Notes: generated from the letters alone by a model not told the origin. A DNA stretch of 64,000 bases from Pseudomonadota bacterium (GCA_022572185.1 JACZWL010000001.1:28387-92386), one strand, 5' to 3'. Shown: positions 11,232 to 25,294, counted from the stretch's first letter. Made by a program: numbers and translations.

Positions 11232-11537
11232 ACAAAAAATAGGAATGGTGTCTGGGCCCGATGATACATGGCAGCGATAGCACCAACCAGACCTCCAGGA
11301 GTCTGCGCGGTAGAAATATCCGTCGCGAAAAAGTGCCACAGCGAGACCACTTTTTCGTTCTTTTGAGGCGCATAGTGGGATTACGCAACGACAAATCGGC
11401 AGGATAGCCGATTTGCACGACCGAAGGTCGCCTCATCGAGGTGCAGCACAGGGATGTGCTGCATGAATAAGAACGGGAAAATGGGCCGCTGTGGCGCTTT
11501 TGCAGCAGGAATATTTTCTGCCGTGCAGACTCCCGGT

Positions 11538-11792
11538 TCAGTCAAGCTGATTCAGCTCAACGGACGCCCCCTCGAGCAGCACCGGAATACCGTCATTGAC
11601 CGGATACATGATCTTGCCATCGTCGGTTATCAGGGCCTCTTTGAGAGACTCGGACAATATGGCGCCATCGCGGTTCGCGAGCCTGCCTTCACTGATCGCT
11701 GTATTGATCTTCTTCAGGTGGTCGGGCCGCACGACACTCAGGCCTTTATGTGTCACGGGACAACAGAGAACTGAAAGCAATCGTTTATTCAT
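11538..11792 (-). CDS. Trm112/YcaR-family small protein
   Basis: 84 aa. Starts with LLxxLCCPVTHxxL and ends with YPVNDGIPVLL, typical of Trm112p-like proteins. Confidence 0.7.
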   Translation of the reverse strand: MNKRLLSVLCCPVTHKGLSVVRPDHLKKINTAISEGRLANRDGAILSESLKEALITDDGKIMYPVNDGIPVLLEGASVELNQLD

Positions 11793-11935
11793 CGTTTGAA
11801 GAAAGCAAAAACCTTTAAGAGTCAGTAACTTGCATTTTGTTTTGTTATGTTATACCATTTTGTTTTCTAGCGACCGTTGCAATGGTCGGTACTTTGGGGG
11901 TGATTCTCTTTTGCGAAGCATAGCGGCAAGCGGCC

Positions 11936-12355
11936 ATGGATGACAATTCTTCAAAAACGACGAGCCTGCTGGACAACGCCGCTGTCGCCCTATCCGGACT
12001 GTGTTTGCTGCACTGCCTCGCCCTGCCAATGCTAATCGCAGTGCTGCCGTTTCTGGGTCAGTTCGGCGCAGGTCATTTTCATATTCAGATGCTCATTGCC
12101 GTCGTGCCCGTAAGTATTATTGCTTTTGCGCTCGGCTTTCGCCGCCACCACAGCAGGAGTGTCGTCGCCTGGGGCGGAGTTGGCGTGTTGCTCCTGATGG
12201 TTGGCGGCACTATTGCACACGGTTCGTATGGCATCGTCGCTGATCGCCTGTTGACGATTTGCGGGGCCTTGATTCTCGCTGCCGCACACTATTTCAACAA
12301 TCGCTTTTCGCGCCATCGCAAGTACGACGACGAGGCAGTTCTCATCAATATCTGA
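11936..12355 (+). CDS. MerC-domain membrane protein
   Basis: 139 aa with four hydrophobic helices and an LCLLHCLALP motif, as in MerC-like proteins. No other mer genes are nearby. Confidence 0.6.
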   Translation: MDDNSSKTTSLLDNAAVALSGLCLLHCLALPMLIAVLPFLGQFGAGHFHIQMLIAVVPVSIIAFALGFRRHHSRSVVAWGGVGVLLLMVGGTIAHGSYGIVADRLLTICGALILAAAHYFNNRFSRHRKYDDEAVLINI

Positions 12356-12401
12356 TGGCCCGATCCGCCCAGGTGACCGGTGCCGGGCACCGAACTCGCT
12401 T

Positions 12402-13391
12402 CTATTCCTTCAGGTATTTTATGAGGTCGTCGTTACCCTGACGTTCAGCCGCCGCCAGCGCCGCATCCCTGTCTTTTGCCAGCGGTTTGAATCGCTTATT
12501 CTCGAGCAGACAGCGACTCATCAATTTTAGTGCCTCGACATCCCGTTGCTGGAGCAGCAGCCTGGTCAAGTACGTTTGCGCAAAAAAGAGCGCGGCGTCT
12601 GTCGACTCCCATTTCAACATCCGCTCAAAAAACCATCGGTAGGCCTCGTCAATATCGATCTCATTTTCGATCCGCCGGTAAAGATGTTGCAATCCGCCCG
12701 CCCGGTTGCCGCGGCTGATAAAGCCATAGGCATGGTTGAGCGCTTTTGTTCGGTCGCCTGTCAGCTCGGCGTCCAGTTGCTCTGCATCGGGTTCCCGTGC
12801 CAGCGTCAAATCTACCTTGATCGCCGCCATATTCTCATGCAACACGCTGCCCGTCAGTGTAAACATGAGAAACGACGCGTACATCGCAGCAGCTCTTGTC
12901 AGTACATAGGGCGTATCGAGAATAACGAGATACCAGATCAGAACGGATATTGCGGCAATGATCAAAGGAATCATCAGATAAACGCGGCCACAGGCCTTTA
13001 CAAGGACGAATATTGCTGCCGGATTCAGGCTCTCGACTGGCGAATGTGTCATGGCGAGAACGGCCATCGATGCGGGAAACAGAAAAAGAACGAGCACGCC
13101 CGGCACCAGAGCTGCCGCAAAAGACAGGTTCCTGGCCAGAAAATACTCTCCCACTATCACGAGGCAGAGGAGTATGAGTGGAAACAGGCCCCAAAAGTTT
13201 TCAAACCAATTAATGAGCTCGACACCGATAGCAGGTGCCTCCTGGCCCTTCGCCCTCGCTTCCAGCAAAATTAAGAGGTATCTGAAGTATACAGGCAGCA
13301 CGATAGCGCCCAGGAAGATCCCAAGCAGTCCCACAGCTTCAATAAACATTTCAAAGATAAGAAAAGTAATCAGGGCGAGCACGACAGCCAT
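12402..13391 (-). CDS. Membrane protein with C-terminal helical-repeat domain (function unknown)
   Basis: 329 aa. About 6 TM helices in the N-terminal 200 aa, followed by a soluble alpha-helical tail. Lies downstream of yidD. Confidence 0.5.
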   Translation of the reverse strand: MAVVLALITFLIFEMFIEAVGLLGIFLGAIVLPVYFRYLLILLEARAKGQEAPAIGVELINWFENFWGLFPLILLCLVIVGEYFLARNLSFAAALVPGVLVLFLFPASMAVLAMTHSPVESLNPAAIFVLVKACGRVYLMIPLIIAAISVLIWYLVILDTPYVLTRAAAMYASFLMFTLTGSVLHENMAAIKVDLTLAREPDAEQLDAELTGDRTKALNHAYGFISRGNRAGGLQHLYRRIENEIDIDEAYRWFFERMLKWESTDAALFFAQTYLTRLLLQQRDVEALKLMSRCLLENKRFKPLAKDRDAALAAAERQGNDDLIKYLKE

Positions 13392-13435
13392 ATCCGTAAG
13401 CGGATACAGAATCTCCCTGATGATTTCCCTGGGAC

Positions 13436-13747
13436 TCAGTTGCGCCGCTCCGGTTCATCGTTGTCTTCCCGGTGTGGCACCGGGTCATAACCGGAGCCGC
13501 CCCAGGGATGACACCTTGCGATTCGTTTCAGTACCAGCCACCCCCCCTTGAATCCACCGTATTCGCGCAGCGCCTGATCGGCGTACGCGGAACAGCTGGG
13601 TTCGAAACGGCAGTTGGCACCCAGCAGGGGCGAGACGCCTGTGCGATAGAGCCAGACGAGGCCAAGCAAGGGCCACGCAATGAGCCGCCCGCTGGGGTTC
13701 ACGCCGCTCGTACCGTCAGGCGCAGGCATCAGCCGCTGCGCCGCCAT
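13436..13747 (-). CDS. yidD: Membrane protein insertion efficiency factor YidD
   Basis: Conserved CRFxPSCSxY...HPWGGxGxDPVP motif. An alternative ATG at 13729 overlaps the cysS stop (TGATG). Confidence 0.8.
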   Translation of the reverse strand: MAAQRLMPAPDGTSGVNPSGRLIAWPLLGLVWLYRTGVSPLLGANCRFEPSCSAYADQALREYGGFKGGWLVLKRIARCHPWGGSGYDPVPHREDNDEPERRN

Positions 13748-15108
13748 CGCGTGCCGCCTGGTCCGTCTTCGATGGACACGCTGTTGGCCGCCAACTGATC
13801 GCGAATAGCGTCTGCAGCCGCAAAATCCCTCTCCGCACGTGCTTCATTTCGTTTGGCAATCAGAGACTCGATTTCACTGGCAGATATCGCGCTGTCATCA
13901 GCGCCAACAAACCATTTCTCCGGATCACTTTGCAGCAATCCGACCAGGTCGCCGGCCGCAAGAATTTCTGTCGCAAGTCGCGACCGCTCGGCCTCATCTT
14001 TGGTCTTGTTAAGCGCCCTGGCCAGATTAAACATTTCCGCCAACGCCTTTGGCGTATTGAGATCATCCTCGAGTGCGGCGAGAATGGCCGCCGGTGGTTC
14101 TGCCCCTGCCCGCTCGTCTGCCGATACCTCTATGCCGCGAATGGCACCATAAAGCCGGTCGAGCATTCGTCTTGCAGATTCAAGCGTTTCATCAGACCAG
14201 TCGAGCGGCTGGCGATAGTGCGCGCTCAACAGGGCGAGACGGATGACCTCGCCCGGAGTGCTCTTGATCAGGTCATGCACAAGCAGGACGTTGCCGAGCG
14301 ACTTCGACATCTTCTCGTGGGCAATGCTCAAGAAGCCGTTATGTAGCCAGTACCGGGCAAAGGTATCGCTGTCATGGGCACAGGTGCTTTGCGCGAGCTC
14401 GTTTTCATGATGCGGAAATACGAGGTCCTGGCCGCCGGCGTGAATGTCGATCGTGCGCCCGAGATGTTTCGCGGCCATTGCAGAACACTCGATGTGCCAA
14501 CCAGGCCGCCCCCGGCCCCAGGGTGAGTCCCAGCCCGGCAGCTCCGGTGTCGATGGTTTCCACAGCACGAAATCATGCGGAGACTTCTTATACGGCGCAA
14601 TCTCGACGCGCGAGCCGGCAATCATCTCGCGTAGATTTCGCTTCGACAGCTGGCCGTAGGTCTCGTTTGCCGCCACATCGAACAGCACATGGCCTTCCGC
14701 TTCATAAGCATACCCCCTGTCGATCAGGATGCGGATCATCTCAATCATCTCATCGATATGCCGGGTTGCCCTGGGCTCGATATCCGGTGGCAGCACACCG
14801 AGGGCTGCCATGTCTTCGTTATAGGCCCTGATGAACCGCTCGGTGATCTCGTCGATGGGTTTGCCCGATTCGATGGAGGCCGCGTTGATCTTGTCATCGA
14901 CGTCCGTGATATTGCGCGCGAAAGTCAATTCATAACTGCGTCGCAGCAATCGCACCAGGAGATCAAAGACGACTGCCGGACGAGCATTGCCGATGTGCGC
15001 ATAGTTATAAACAGTCGGACCGCACAGGTACATTGTCACGTGACCCGGTTTCAGCGGTTCGAATGCAATCTTCTTGGCCCTTAGCGTATCGTGCAGATAA
15101 ATCGTCAT
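13729..15108 (-). CDS. cysS: Cysteine--tRNA ligase
   Basis: Class-I aaRS with HIGN and KMSKS motifs. The family N-terminus MTIYLHDTL begins at the ATG at 15108; the track ORF extends to 15255. Confidence 0.9.
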   Translation of the reverse strand: MTIYLHDTLRAKKIAFEPLKPGHVTMYLCGPTVYNYAHIGNARPAVVFDLLVRLLRRSYELTFARNITDVDDKINAASIESGKPIDEITERFIRAYNEDMAALGVLPPDIEPRATRHIDEMIEMIRILIDRGYAYEAEGHVLFDVAANETYGQLSKRNLREMIAGSRVEIAPYKKSPHDFVLWKPSTPELPGWDSPWGRGRPGWHIECSAMAAKHLGRTIDIHAGGQDLVFPHHENELAQSTCAHDSDTFARYWLHNGFLSIAHEKMSKSLGNVLLVHDLIKSTPGEVIRLALLSAHYRQPLDWSDETLESARRMLDRLYGAIRGIEVSADERAGAEPPAAILAALEDDLNTPKALAEMFNLARALNKTKDEAERSRLATEILAAGDLVGLLQSDPEKWFVGADDSAISASEIESLIAKRNEARAERDFAAADAIRDQLAANSVSIEDGPGGTRWRRSG

Positions 15109-15267
15109 ACTTGTAGCGCCCCGCAAAGGCCCTGTGTCCTCATAGCCGCCGGCGGCCGCAAAAGCGCAATGATAGCAAGGTCCGAATATCGCAACGACAG
15201 CCTGTTCCAGGCGAGAGCGCAGCGGGCAGCACTCCAGGCCGTACTCCGTAGGCATGGAATATGCGGG

Positions 15268-15963
15268 CTAAAAACGGCCCTTCGGCTTCGGTTGCCTTCC
15301 CGCACGCCGTTTGGCAACTGCCGGCTGCGGCTCACGCATCGCGATCACCCGGGCCTGATAGGTATATTCGATGGTGCCGATCAGCCACAGGTAATACGCG
15401 GCCAGTTCCATGAATTCCTCGACCGCGATCTTGACGATGCGCCGATAGTCCTCGCCAAGGATGGCCATCCATAGTGGCTCGTGGGCGGCAAATTGCACGA
15501 AAGCGAACATGATGATCGCACCGGCAAAAAGTATTGAAAGCCCGGGTGATGGCCAGATTCGGCCCCATGCAATTCGAAACCGCCGGCGATGTCGATAAGT
15601 ATAGACAATGACCAGTGCTGCAGGTATCGCGACCAAGACCTGCCACAGATTGTCGACGAGCCGGTCCAGGAAAAAATCGAGTTCGCGAATAAAAAATGCC
15701 AGTGCGATGCCGCCGAAAAGAAATGCGATCGGCCTTTGCGACGGACAGTTTTTGGCAACCCATGCCAGCAACAGCCCGCAGATTGCCAGAATACCCAGTT
15801 GAATGATTTCGACAGGCGAGTATTCGCTTGTAGCGAACGTGTCGGCCGGATTCAGATAGACCTGTAATTTCAGACTGCCCGGTGAGGATATTTCGAGTTG
15901 CGTCAGGAGCCACGTGATTATTGCGACGCCGAAGAAATACAGGATGTATCGCAGGAGGGCCAT
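15268..15963 (-). CDS. Integral membrane protein, unknown function
   Basis: 231 aa with about 6 hydrophobic helices and a basic C-terminal tail. No family recognised. Confidence 0.5.
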   Translation of the reverse strand: MALLRYILYFFGVAIITWLLTQLEISSPGSLKLQVYLNPADTFATSEYSPVEIIQLGILAICGLLLAWVAKNCPSQRPIAFLFGGIALAFFIRELDFFLDRLVDNLWQVLVAIPAALVIVYTYRHRRRFRIAWGRIWPSPGLSILFAGAIIMFAFVQFAAHEPLWMAILGEDYRRIVKIAVEEFMELAAYYLWLIGTIEYTYQARVIAMREPQPAVAKRRAGRQPKPKGRF

Positions 15964-16215
15964 CAGGACAGTTTAGTTTCTGAACGGATCGCCGGCAATT
16001 CGAAGAAAATCGATGCACGCGCCCGTCCGGACGGGCGATGTGCGACGACACCGAAAGAATCAACGCAGGAGCCAGCCTTGACGGGCGATTCACGCCTGGC
16101 GAAGGCGGAATATCGGACGTCTGTCGGCCTGAAGAAGGCTGTGTCTTTTGAGCCATGCGCCGGCATCTTCGGCATCCTCTTCATACCAGCGCCTCGTGCT
16201 GCCGAGACGAAAACC

Positions 16216-16503
16216 TTAAGCCCAGCCATCCATGTCTCGCATGAGCCGTGCTCTGCCCGCTCCGGGAAGCTTGCTTGCCAGAATGATCTGCAAGTAACAC
16301 ACGGCACACTCCTCGAGATCGTCACCGCCCGCATCGCCTTTGAGCTTCGATCTTCTTGCCGGCGTCATGCGGACAATGTGGGAGATTTCGTGAAGCACGG
16401 AGTGAATCGGTGTGTCGTCTCGAACAAAGACCCGGTCACCGACAATACCTGCTTCAGGTTCTGCCCAGAAACTCCCGTTAATAGAATGACCGCCGGGTAC
16501 CAC
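16216..16503 (-). CDS. Small HExxH-motif protein (possibly interrupted)
   Basis: 95-aa ORF containing HEISH. The same frame continues for 41 protein-like codons after the TAA stop (see findings). Confidence 0.35.
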   Translation of the reverse strand: MVPGGHSINGSFWAEPEAGIVGDRVFVRDDTPIHSVLHEISHIVRMTPARRSKLKGDAGGDDLEECAVCYLQIILASKLPGAGRARLMRDMDGWA

Positions 16504-16609
16504 TTCGATTGAAAGGCCGCCCTATCGAAGCAGCTCAGCTACAGAGTGCGCAGCCGAATCGGATATCAGCAGCATGCTAGTACTCCGTCAAGGTGATATT
16601 GATGGACCA

Positions 16610-19547
<2,938 letters not shown>

Positions 19548-19785
19548 TCACTAGTGCTTTCAGTTGCAGATACAGGCTTCGCCAAAAGGCGGAAGGATAA
19601 CTCAAGGACGATCGGAAATCGCCCGTCATAAGCGGGCCAATCGCCCGTCATCCGGCTGAGTGATTAGCTCAATGCCTGTGATCACGTCGCAGCTGCCAGG
19701 CCAGGATATCCCATTCGCTCGGACAGTAGAACTCGCTCGGTGGGACACACCGGCTTGGCAGCTGCGACTCTCGAAAAAGTAAACA

Positions 19786-21315
19786 TCAACGTTGTTGTCG
19801 GGTGCGCCAGGCAAACCAGACAAGGATGACGAAAAGTAAGGATATGACCGGCCAGTTTCCGGTTCGAACATACGGCGTTGAGCCCGTGTACGGGATGACA
19901 TCCATGGTCATCGTCGCACTCTCGAACTGCGGCGCTATATCGAGCAATTCCCCTTTCGGCCCGATGAATGCGCTGAGCCCGGTATTGGTCGCCCTGACAA
20001 CGTAGCGGCCCGCTTCGAGTGCACGCATGCGTGCGATCTCGAGATGCTGGTGTGGCGCAATGGAATCGCCGAACCAGGCGTCGTTGCTGACGTTGATCAA
20101 AACGGTTGCCTCGGGGAGAGCATAGAGCTGCTCGGCACCGTAAGCGTCTTCGTAGCAGATCGCGACGGCGAGTTTATTGCCACTCAGAGATTCGAGCAGG
20201 GGTTGCTCGTCGTCGCCAGCGCTCAGATCGCTGCTCGGCAAACTCATCAAACGCATCCATCGCCGCACGAAATCCGGTACTGGAAAGAACTCGCCGAACG
20301 GCACGAGGTGACGTTTTCGGTAGATCTGCCGATCGTGACCATCAAGCATGACAACGCTGTTATAGGTTTTCTGTGATGCGAGGTTCCGTTCGAGGATGCC
20401 GAAAAGAAGCGTCTTCGGCTGTACCCGAAGGTCGGACTGCAGTACGCCGAGATAATTTTCGACCTGATCGAGCACCGCCGGAATGGCAACTTCGGGCCAG
20501 ACGACCAGATCACTTTGACGGTGCTTCAGTGTTGCGTTCCGGTACAGATCAAGCGTGGGTTGAAACTGTTCGCGCGACCATTTTCGATCCTGCGAAACTC
20601 CACCTTGCACGATTGTCGTACGCAGTGACTGGTCCGTTGCCTGGGTCCATTGAACAGGCTGAAGTGCGGCACCGATGATCCACGGTAATACGACGATGCC
20701 TGCCGCTAGCCATCGCTGACGGCCGCTCACAATCATCACGACAAGCAGCGCGGCCGAACTCAGAACGGTGAGTACGGACGTGCCGTAAATACCGATAAGC
20801 GGTACCCAGCCGGATAAAGGCGAATCGATTTGGCTGTAGCCGACGGCAAGCCAGGGAAACCCACTGAGAAACCAGCCGCGAAGCCACTCGATGCTGACCC
20901 ATGCGGCCGGTGCAATAATCAGCATTCGCCATGTGTCGCCTTTGACGAGGCGTGAAATCATCCAGCCGGCTGCTGAGCAGTAAGCGGCCATGATAAGGAC
21001 GAGACAAACCATGATGAGAATTGCGACCCAGAGAGGCGCCTGTCCAAAAACGTGAATCGAGATGTAAAGCCAGTATGTCCCGCTGAGAAACCATCCCGTG
21101 CCAAACCAGAAAAGTTGTTTTGCCGCAACGCGAGGCGGCGAGTTGAGACAGGTAAACAAGGCCGGTAACAAGAACACCGGCATCAGGAAGTACAGGCCGA
21201 ACGGTGCAAAGGCCAGCGTCAGCAGCATGCCGAATACGAAGAAGAAAAGTTGACTTACGCGCGGCCTGCTATCGAAAAACCGCCGGACCTGATCAAGCTT
21301 ACGAATATCAGGCAC
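19786..21315 (-). CDS. lnt: Apolipoprotein N-acyltransferase
   Basis: 509 aa. Multi-TM N-terminus plus a C-N hydrolase domain. Follows corC as in E. coli. Confidence 0.9.
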   Translation of the reverse strand: MPDIRKLDQVRRFFDSRPRVSQLFFFVFGMLLTLAFAPFGLYFLMPVFLLPALFTCLNSPPRVAAKQLFWFGTGWFLSGTYWLYISIHVFGQAPLWVAILIMVCLVLIMAAYCSAAGWMISRLVKGDTWRMLIIAPAAWVSIEWLRGWFLSGFPWLAVGYSQIDSPLSGWVPLIGIYGTSVLTVLSSAALLVVMIVSGRQRWLAAGIVVLPWIIGAALQPVQWTQATDQSLRTTIVQGGVSQDRKWSREQFQPTLDLYRNATLKHRQSDLVVWPEVAIPAVLDQVENYLGVLQSDLRVQPKTLLFGILERNLASQKTYNSVVMLDGHDRQIYRKRHLVPFGEFFPVPDFVRRWMRLMSLPSSDLSAGDDEQPLLESLSGNKLAVAICYEDAYGAEQLYALPEATVLINVSNDAWFGDSIAPHQHLEIARMRALEAGRYVVRATNTGLSAFIGPKGELLDIAPQFESATMTMDVIPYTGSTPYVRTGNWPVISLLFVILVWFAWRTRQQR

Positions 21316-21320
21316 CGCGA

Positions 21321-22190
21321 TCAGCCGGTCGCGGCATCCCTTCTGTCACGCTGCACCTGCAAAGTATCGATGCGTCGGCGATCGGCTTTTGTTACCTGAA
21401 AATGGAATCCGTCGAAGTGCAAGCGCTCGCCGCGGCGAGGCAGGCGTCCCAGCTGATGCATGACAAGGCCGCCGATGGTATCGTAATCATCATCGGTCAG
21501 TTCGCAATGGAAATAGTCGTTAAAGGCTTCGATCCGTGTCAGGGCGCGTACCGTGTAGCAGGGATGCCCGTCCTTTTCCGCGTCCTTCTGGATGAACTCC
21601 GCTTCTTCGTGGTCGTGTTCATCATCGATTTCGCCGACGATTTCCTCCAGCACATCTTCGATGGTCAGGAGACCGGAGACTCCGCCGTATTCGTCGACAA
21701 CGATGGCCATGTGATTGTGGCTGTCGCGAAACTCCTTGAGCAATGCGTTAAGGCGTTTTGACTCCGGTATGACCGACACCGGGCGTACCAGCTTGTCTAT
21801 TTGTGGTCCATCCGCTGTGGAGTTGCCGAAAAAACGCAGCAGATCTTTGGCAAGCAATACACCCAGCACGTCGTCCCTGTCCTCACCGATCACCGGAAAG
21901 CGTGAGTGTCCCGATCGAATAATCAGCTCGAGCATCTCATCCAGGCTGTGGTCGCGCTCGATAACGACCATCTGGGACCGTGGAACCATCACCTCGCGGA
22001 CCTGGGTTTCGGCCACCTCGAAAACGCCGGTGAGCATCTCCTGCTCTTCCGGGTCGAAAACACTTTCAGCCTGTTGTAGTAAATCGTGAATTTCTTCGCG
22101 GCTCCAAGGTGCACCTTTGATTGCGCGAATTACGCGCTTGAATACGCCGGTCGCTCCTGGGCCGCTGGTACTTGGCGGTTTGTCGTTCAT
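21321..22190 (-). CDS. corC: CBS-domain Mg/Co efflux-associated protein CorC/YbeX
   Basis: 289 aa with a CBS pair and a CorC_HlyC C-terminal domain. Part of the ybeZ-ybeY-corC-lnt block. Confidence 0.85.
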   Translation of the reverse strand: MNDKPPSTSGPGATGVFKRVIRAIKGAPWSREEIHDLLQQAESVFDPEEQEMLTGVFEVAETQVREVMVPRSQMVVIERDHSLDEMLELIIRSGHSRFPVIGEDRDDVLGVLLAKDLLRFFGNSTADGPQIDKLVRPVSVIPESKRLNALLKEFRDSHNHMAIVVDEYGGVSGLLTIEDVLEEIVGEIDDEHDHEEAEFIQKDAEKDGHPCYTVRALTRIEAFNDYFHCELTDDDYDTIGGLVMHQLGRLPRRGERLHFDGFHFQVTKADRRRIDTLQVQRDRRDAATG

Positions 22191-22237
22191 CGAAATCGTT
22201 ATACTTTACCTTAACTCAAGATTGTAACAGTTCGGGA

Positions 22238-22735
22238 TCAGCGTACCCGGTAGGGATCCTCAAACCCCCGATCTGCCAGTAATTGTTTCTCCATTGTTTC
22301 CATCTCGGCCGCCTGACTGGATGTCTGGTGGTCGTAGCCCAGCAAATGCAGCATGCCGTGCACAAGCAGGTGACCCCAGTGGCTGGCAGGGCTCTTGCCC
22401 TGCTCTTCGGCTTCCGCCTCTACCAGCGGGCCACAGATAACAAGATCACCGAGCGCCCGGATTTCATCCTCCGGCAGGCCAGTCATGCCATCCGGACTGC
22501 CCGCCGGAAAGGCCAGCACGTTCGTCGCCTCGTCCTGCTGTCGAAACTGCTTGTTCAGTTTGCGGCTCTCCTCCTTGCCAACAATCCTGACGGCAACCTC
22601 GCATTGTCTCGAAGTATTTCGGGCGCCTGCCTGAAAAGCCTGTTCCAGCCACGCATGGACTTCCGCCTTCATCGGAATACTATCGACCTCACACGCCACC
22701 TGGAAATCGACGGATACGCTTCTGGACTCACCCAA
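22238..22735 (-). CDS. ybeY: rRNA maturation endoribonuclease YbeY
   Basis: HGMLHLLGYDH zinc motif. Confidence 0.9.
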   Translation of the reverse strand: MGESRSVSVDFQVACEVDSIPMKAEVHAWLEQAFQAGARNTSRQCEVAVRIVGKEESRKLNKQFRQQDEATNVLAFPAGSPDGMTGLPEDEIRALGDLVICGPLVEAEAEEQGKSPASHWGHLLVHGMLHLLGYDHQTSSQAAEMETMEKQLLADRGFEDPYRVR

Positions 22736-22753
22736 GACGGTTCCAGGCAGCCG

Positions 22754-23758
22754 CTACTCTTGGGATCCGCCGTTGCCGTCGGACTCGTACGCTTCGACGA
22801 TCCGCTGAACCAGTTCGTGCCTGACTACATCATTCGGCGTAAAGAACGTAAACAGGACACCGTCGACATCACCAAGGATATCCACGGCGTGCTTCAGGCC
22901 AGACTGTTGTCCCGGCGGCAAATCGATCTGCGTAATGTCGCCCGTGACCACTGCATGTGACCCGAATCCGATGCGCGTCAGAAACATCTTCATCTGAGCG
23001 ACACTGGTGTTTTGCGCTTCATCGAGAATGACGAAGGACTCGTTAAGTGAACGTCCGCGCATGAACGCAAGCGGGGCAATTTCAATGACGTTTCGCTCGA
23101 TCAGTCGCCCGACATGTTCAGGACCCACCATGTCGTATAGTGCGTCGTACATAGGCCGCAAATATGGATCGACTTTTTGCGACATGTCGCCCGGCAAAAA
23201 GCCGAGTCGCTCGCCCGCCTCGACCGCCGGGCGCACCAGGACGATTCGCCTGACCTGTCCCGTCTCGAGCGCATCGATTGCGCTCGCTACGGCCAGATAG
23301 GTCTTACCCGTACCGGCGGGCCCGATACCGAACGCGAGATCGTTGGCGCGAATATTCGCAAGGTAGGAGCGTTGGTTCGCACCCCTCGCGCGCACGAGCT
23401 TGCGTCGCGTCTGGATTTCGAAGCGATCATTCTCTTCGTCAGTCGAGCCCGGCTCCGGTTGCGCGTCGGCAAACTCACCATCTTTCATGACAGACTCCTG
23501 CAAGCACATATGCACGTGCTCCCGGTCCAGCCGTTCAGTGCTGGTGAGCTGGAAAAGCGAGAGAATTACGTCCCTGCCGATCTGGGTGGCACCCGGATTA
23601 CCGGAGACCCTGAAGCGATTTCCTCGGCTGGATATATCGACGTTGAGGCGGCGTTCTATTTGCCGCAAGTGCTCATCAAACTGGCCGCAAAGATTAGCCA
23701 GGCGGTTGTTATCGACGGGTTCCAGGACGATGTCCTGAGATACTTGTACGGTGTTCAA
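22754..23758 (-). CDS. ybeZ: PhoH-like ATPase YbeZ
   Basis: 334 aa with Walker A GPAGTGKT. PhoH family, downstream of miaB. Confidence 0.9.
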   Translation of the reverse strand: MNTVQVSQDIVLEPVDNNRLANLCGQFDEHLRQIERRLNVDISSRGNRFRVSGNPGATQIGRDVILSLFQLTSTERLDREHVHMCLQESVMKDGEFADAQPEPGSTDEENDRFEIQTRRKLVRARGANQRSYLANIRANDLAFGIGPAGTGKTYLAVASAIDALETGQVRRIVLVRPAVEAGERLGFLPGDMSQKVDPYLRPMYDALYDMVGPEHVGRLIERNVIEIAPLAFMRGRSLNESFVILDEAQNTSVAQMKMFLTRIGFGSHAVVTGDITQIDLPPGQQSGLKHAVDILGDVDGVLFTFFTPNDVVRHELVQRIVEAYESDGNGGSQE

Positions 23759-23879
23759 TGTTTGGGTATTTGACCTCTTGCTACGGTATTTAGTGCCTGT
23801 CCAGGCACATTAGTTCAACGTTTCCAAGCCTACCCCGAAGGCTGGCCACATGGAATACCGGAGTTAACAAATAAAGCGT

Positions 23880-25220
23880 TTACGCGACAGCCTGAGCGCT
23901 TACGAGACGTCCCCGCAAGGAATTCGGCAAAGCCTCAGTGATCACAACGTCCACGAACTGCCCCAGGCAGGAGGCATTGCCGTCGAAATTCACCCAGCGG
24001 TTGCATTGCGTCCGGCCGGCATACTGGGCTGGATTTTTCTTTGATGGCCGCTCGACAAGCACGGACTGTATCGTACCCACCATAGCCTTGCTGATCGCCA
24101 TCGCCTGATGGTTGATGCGGGCCTGCAGGATCTGCAAGCGCTTCTTCTTGACGGCCATCGGCGTGTCGTCGGCAAAACTCGCCGCGGGCGTACCGGGACG
24201 CGCGCTGTAAATAAAGCTGAAGGACTGATCGAAACCGATATCGCCGATCAGCTTCATCGTAGCCTCGAAATCAGCATCGGTCTCACCCGGAAAACCAACG
24301 ATGAAGTCTGACGATATGGAGATGTCCGGCCTGGCTTCGCGCAGCTTGCGAATTTTTTGCTTGTACTCGATGACTGTATGGCCGCGCTTCATCCGCGCAA
24401 GAATGCGATCGGAACCGTTCTGCACTGGCAGATGAAGGAAACTGACGAGCTTCGGAACTTCCGCATAGGCCTGAATCAGGCTGTCGGTGAACTCGACAGG
24501 ATGAGAGGTCGTGAACCGGATTCTGTCGATGTCATCGATAGCAGCGACGTAATATATAAGCGTAGCAAGATCGGCAATTTGTCCGTCATACATCAGCCCA
24601 CGATAGGCATTGACATTCTGGCCGAGCAAATTGACTTCGCGAACGCCCTGGCCGGCGAGGCTGACTATTTCCGTGATGACACCATCCAGCGGACGGCTGA
24701 TCTCTTCGCCACGTGTGTAGGGTACGACACAGAATGTGCAGTACTTGCTGCAGCCTTCCATCACGGAAACGAAGGCCGTTGGTCCCTCCGCGCGCGGCTC
24801 GGGCAAATTGTCGAATTTCTCGATCTCGGGAAAAGAGATATCGACAACAGGCAAGCCTTTGTTGCGCACTTCATCAATCATCTCAGGGAGACGGTGCAAG
24901 GTCTGCGGGCCGAAGACAATATCGACGAACGGTGCCCGCTTGCTGATGCCCTCACCTTCCTGGCTGGCGACGCATCCACCGACACCGATCAGCAAATCGG
25001 GGCGCTCGTCTTTCCAAATACGCCACCTGCCCAGCTCCGAAAACACTTTCTCCTGCGCCTTCTCGCGAATGGAACAGGTATTGACGAGCAGCAGATCCGC
25101 GTCCTCTGGCTTCTCGGTCAGCACATAGCCGTGCGACTCGCGCAGTACGTCCGCCATCTTCTCCGAGTCGTACTCGTTCATCTGGCAGCCGAAAGTCTTG
25201 ATGTAAAGCTTGTTAGCCAT
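23880..25220 (-). CDS. miaB: tRNA-2-methylthio-N6-dimethylallyladenosine synthase
   Basis: 446 aa with a radical-SAM CxxxCxxC motif (CSKYCTFC) and N-terminal FGCQMN. Confidence 0.9.
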   Translation of the reverse strand: MANKLYIKTFGCQMNEYDSEKMADVLRESHGYVLTEKPEDADLLLVNTCSIREKAQEKVFSELGRWRIWKDERPDLLIGVGGCVASQEGEGISKRAPFVDIVFGPQTLHRLPEMIDEVRNKGLPVVDISFPEIEKFDNLPEPRAEGPTAFVSVMEGCSKYCTFCVVPYTRGEEISRPLDGVITEIVSLAGQGVREVNLLGQNVNAYRGLMYDGQIADLATLIYYVAAIDDIDRIRFTTSHPVEFTDSLIQAYAEVPKLVSFLHLPVQNGSDRILARMKRGHTVIEYKQKIRKLREARPDISISSDFIVGFPGETDADFEATMKLIGDIGFDQSFSFIYSARPGTPAASFADDTPMAVKKKRLQILQARINHQAMAISKAMVGTIQSVLVERPSKKNPAQYAGRTQCNRWVNFDGNASCLGQFVDVVITEALPNSLRGRLVSAQAVA

Positions 25221-25294
25221 GCATTTGATTAATAAGTTACTGAATAAAAAGAAGTAAATCCAGAAATTCCGGAAAATTAAGTCTGTCCCTGTAA

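Noticed and set aside
11391-11462. Two hairpins (AAATCGGC-AGGATA-GCCGATTT and TGCAGCACA-GGGA-TGTGCTGCA) as terminators of the Trm112-like gene
   Set aside because: Neither is followed by a convincing T-run on the minus strand, so I left them unannotated.
15332-16156. 274-aa minus-strand ORF
   Set aside because: It overlaps the 231-aa membrane-protein ORF in another frame, and its Arg/Pro/Ser-rich translation has no structure. I judge the hydrophobic-helix frame (15268-15963) more plausible.
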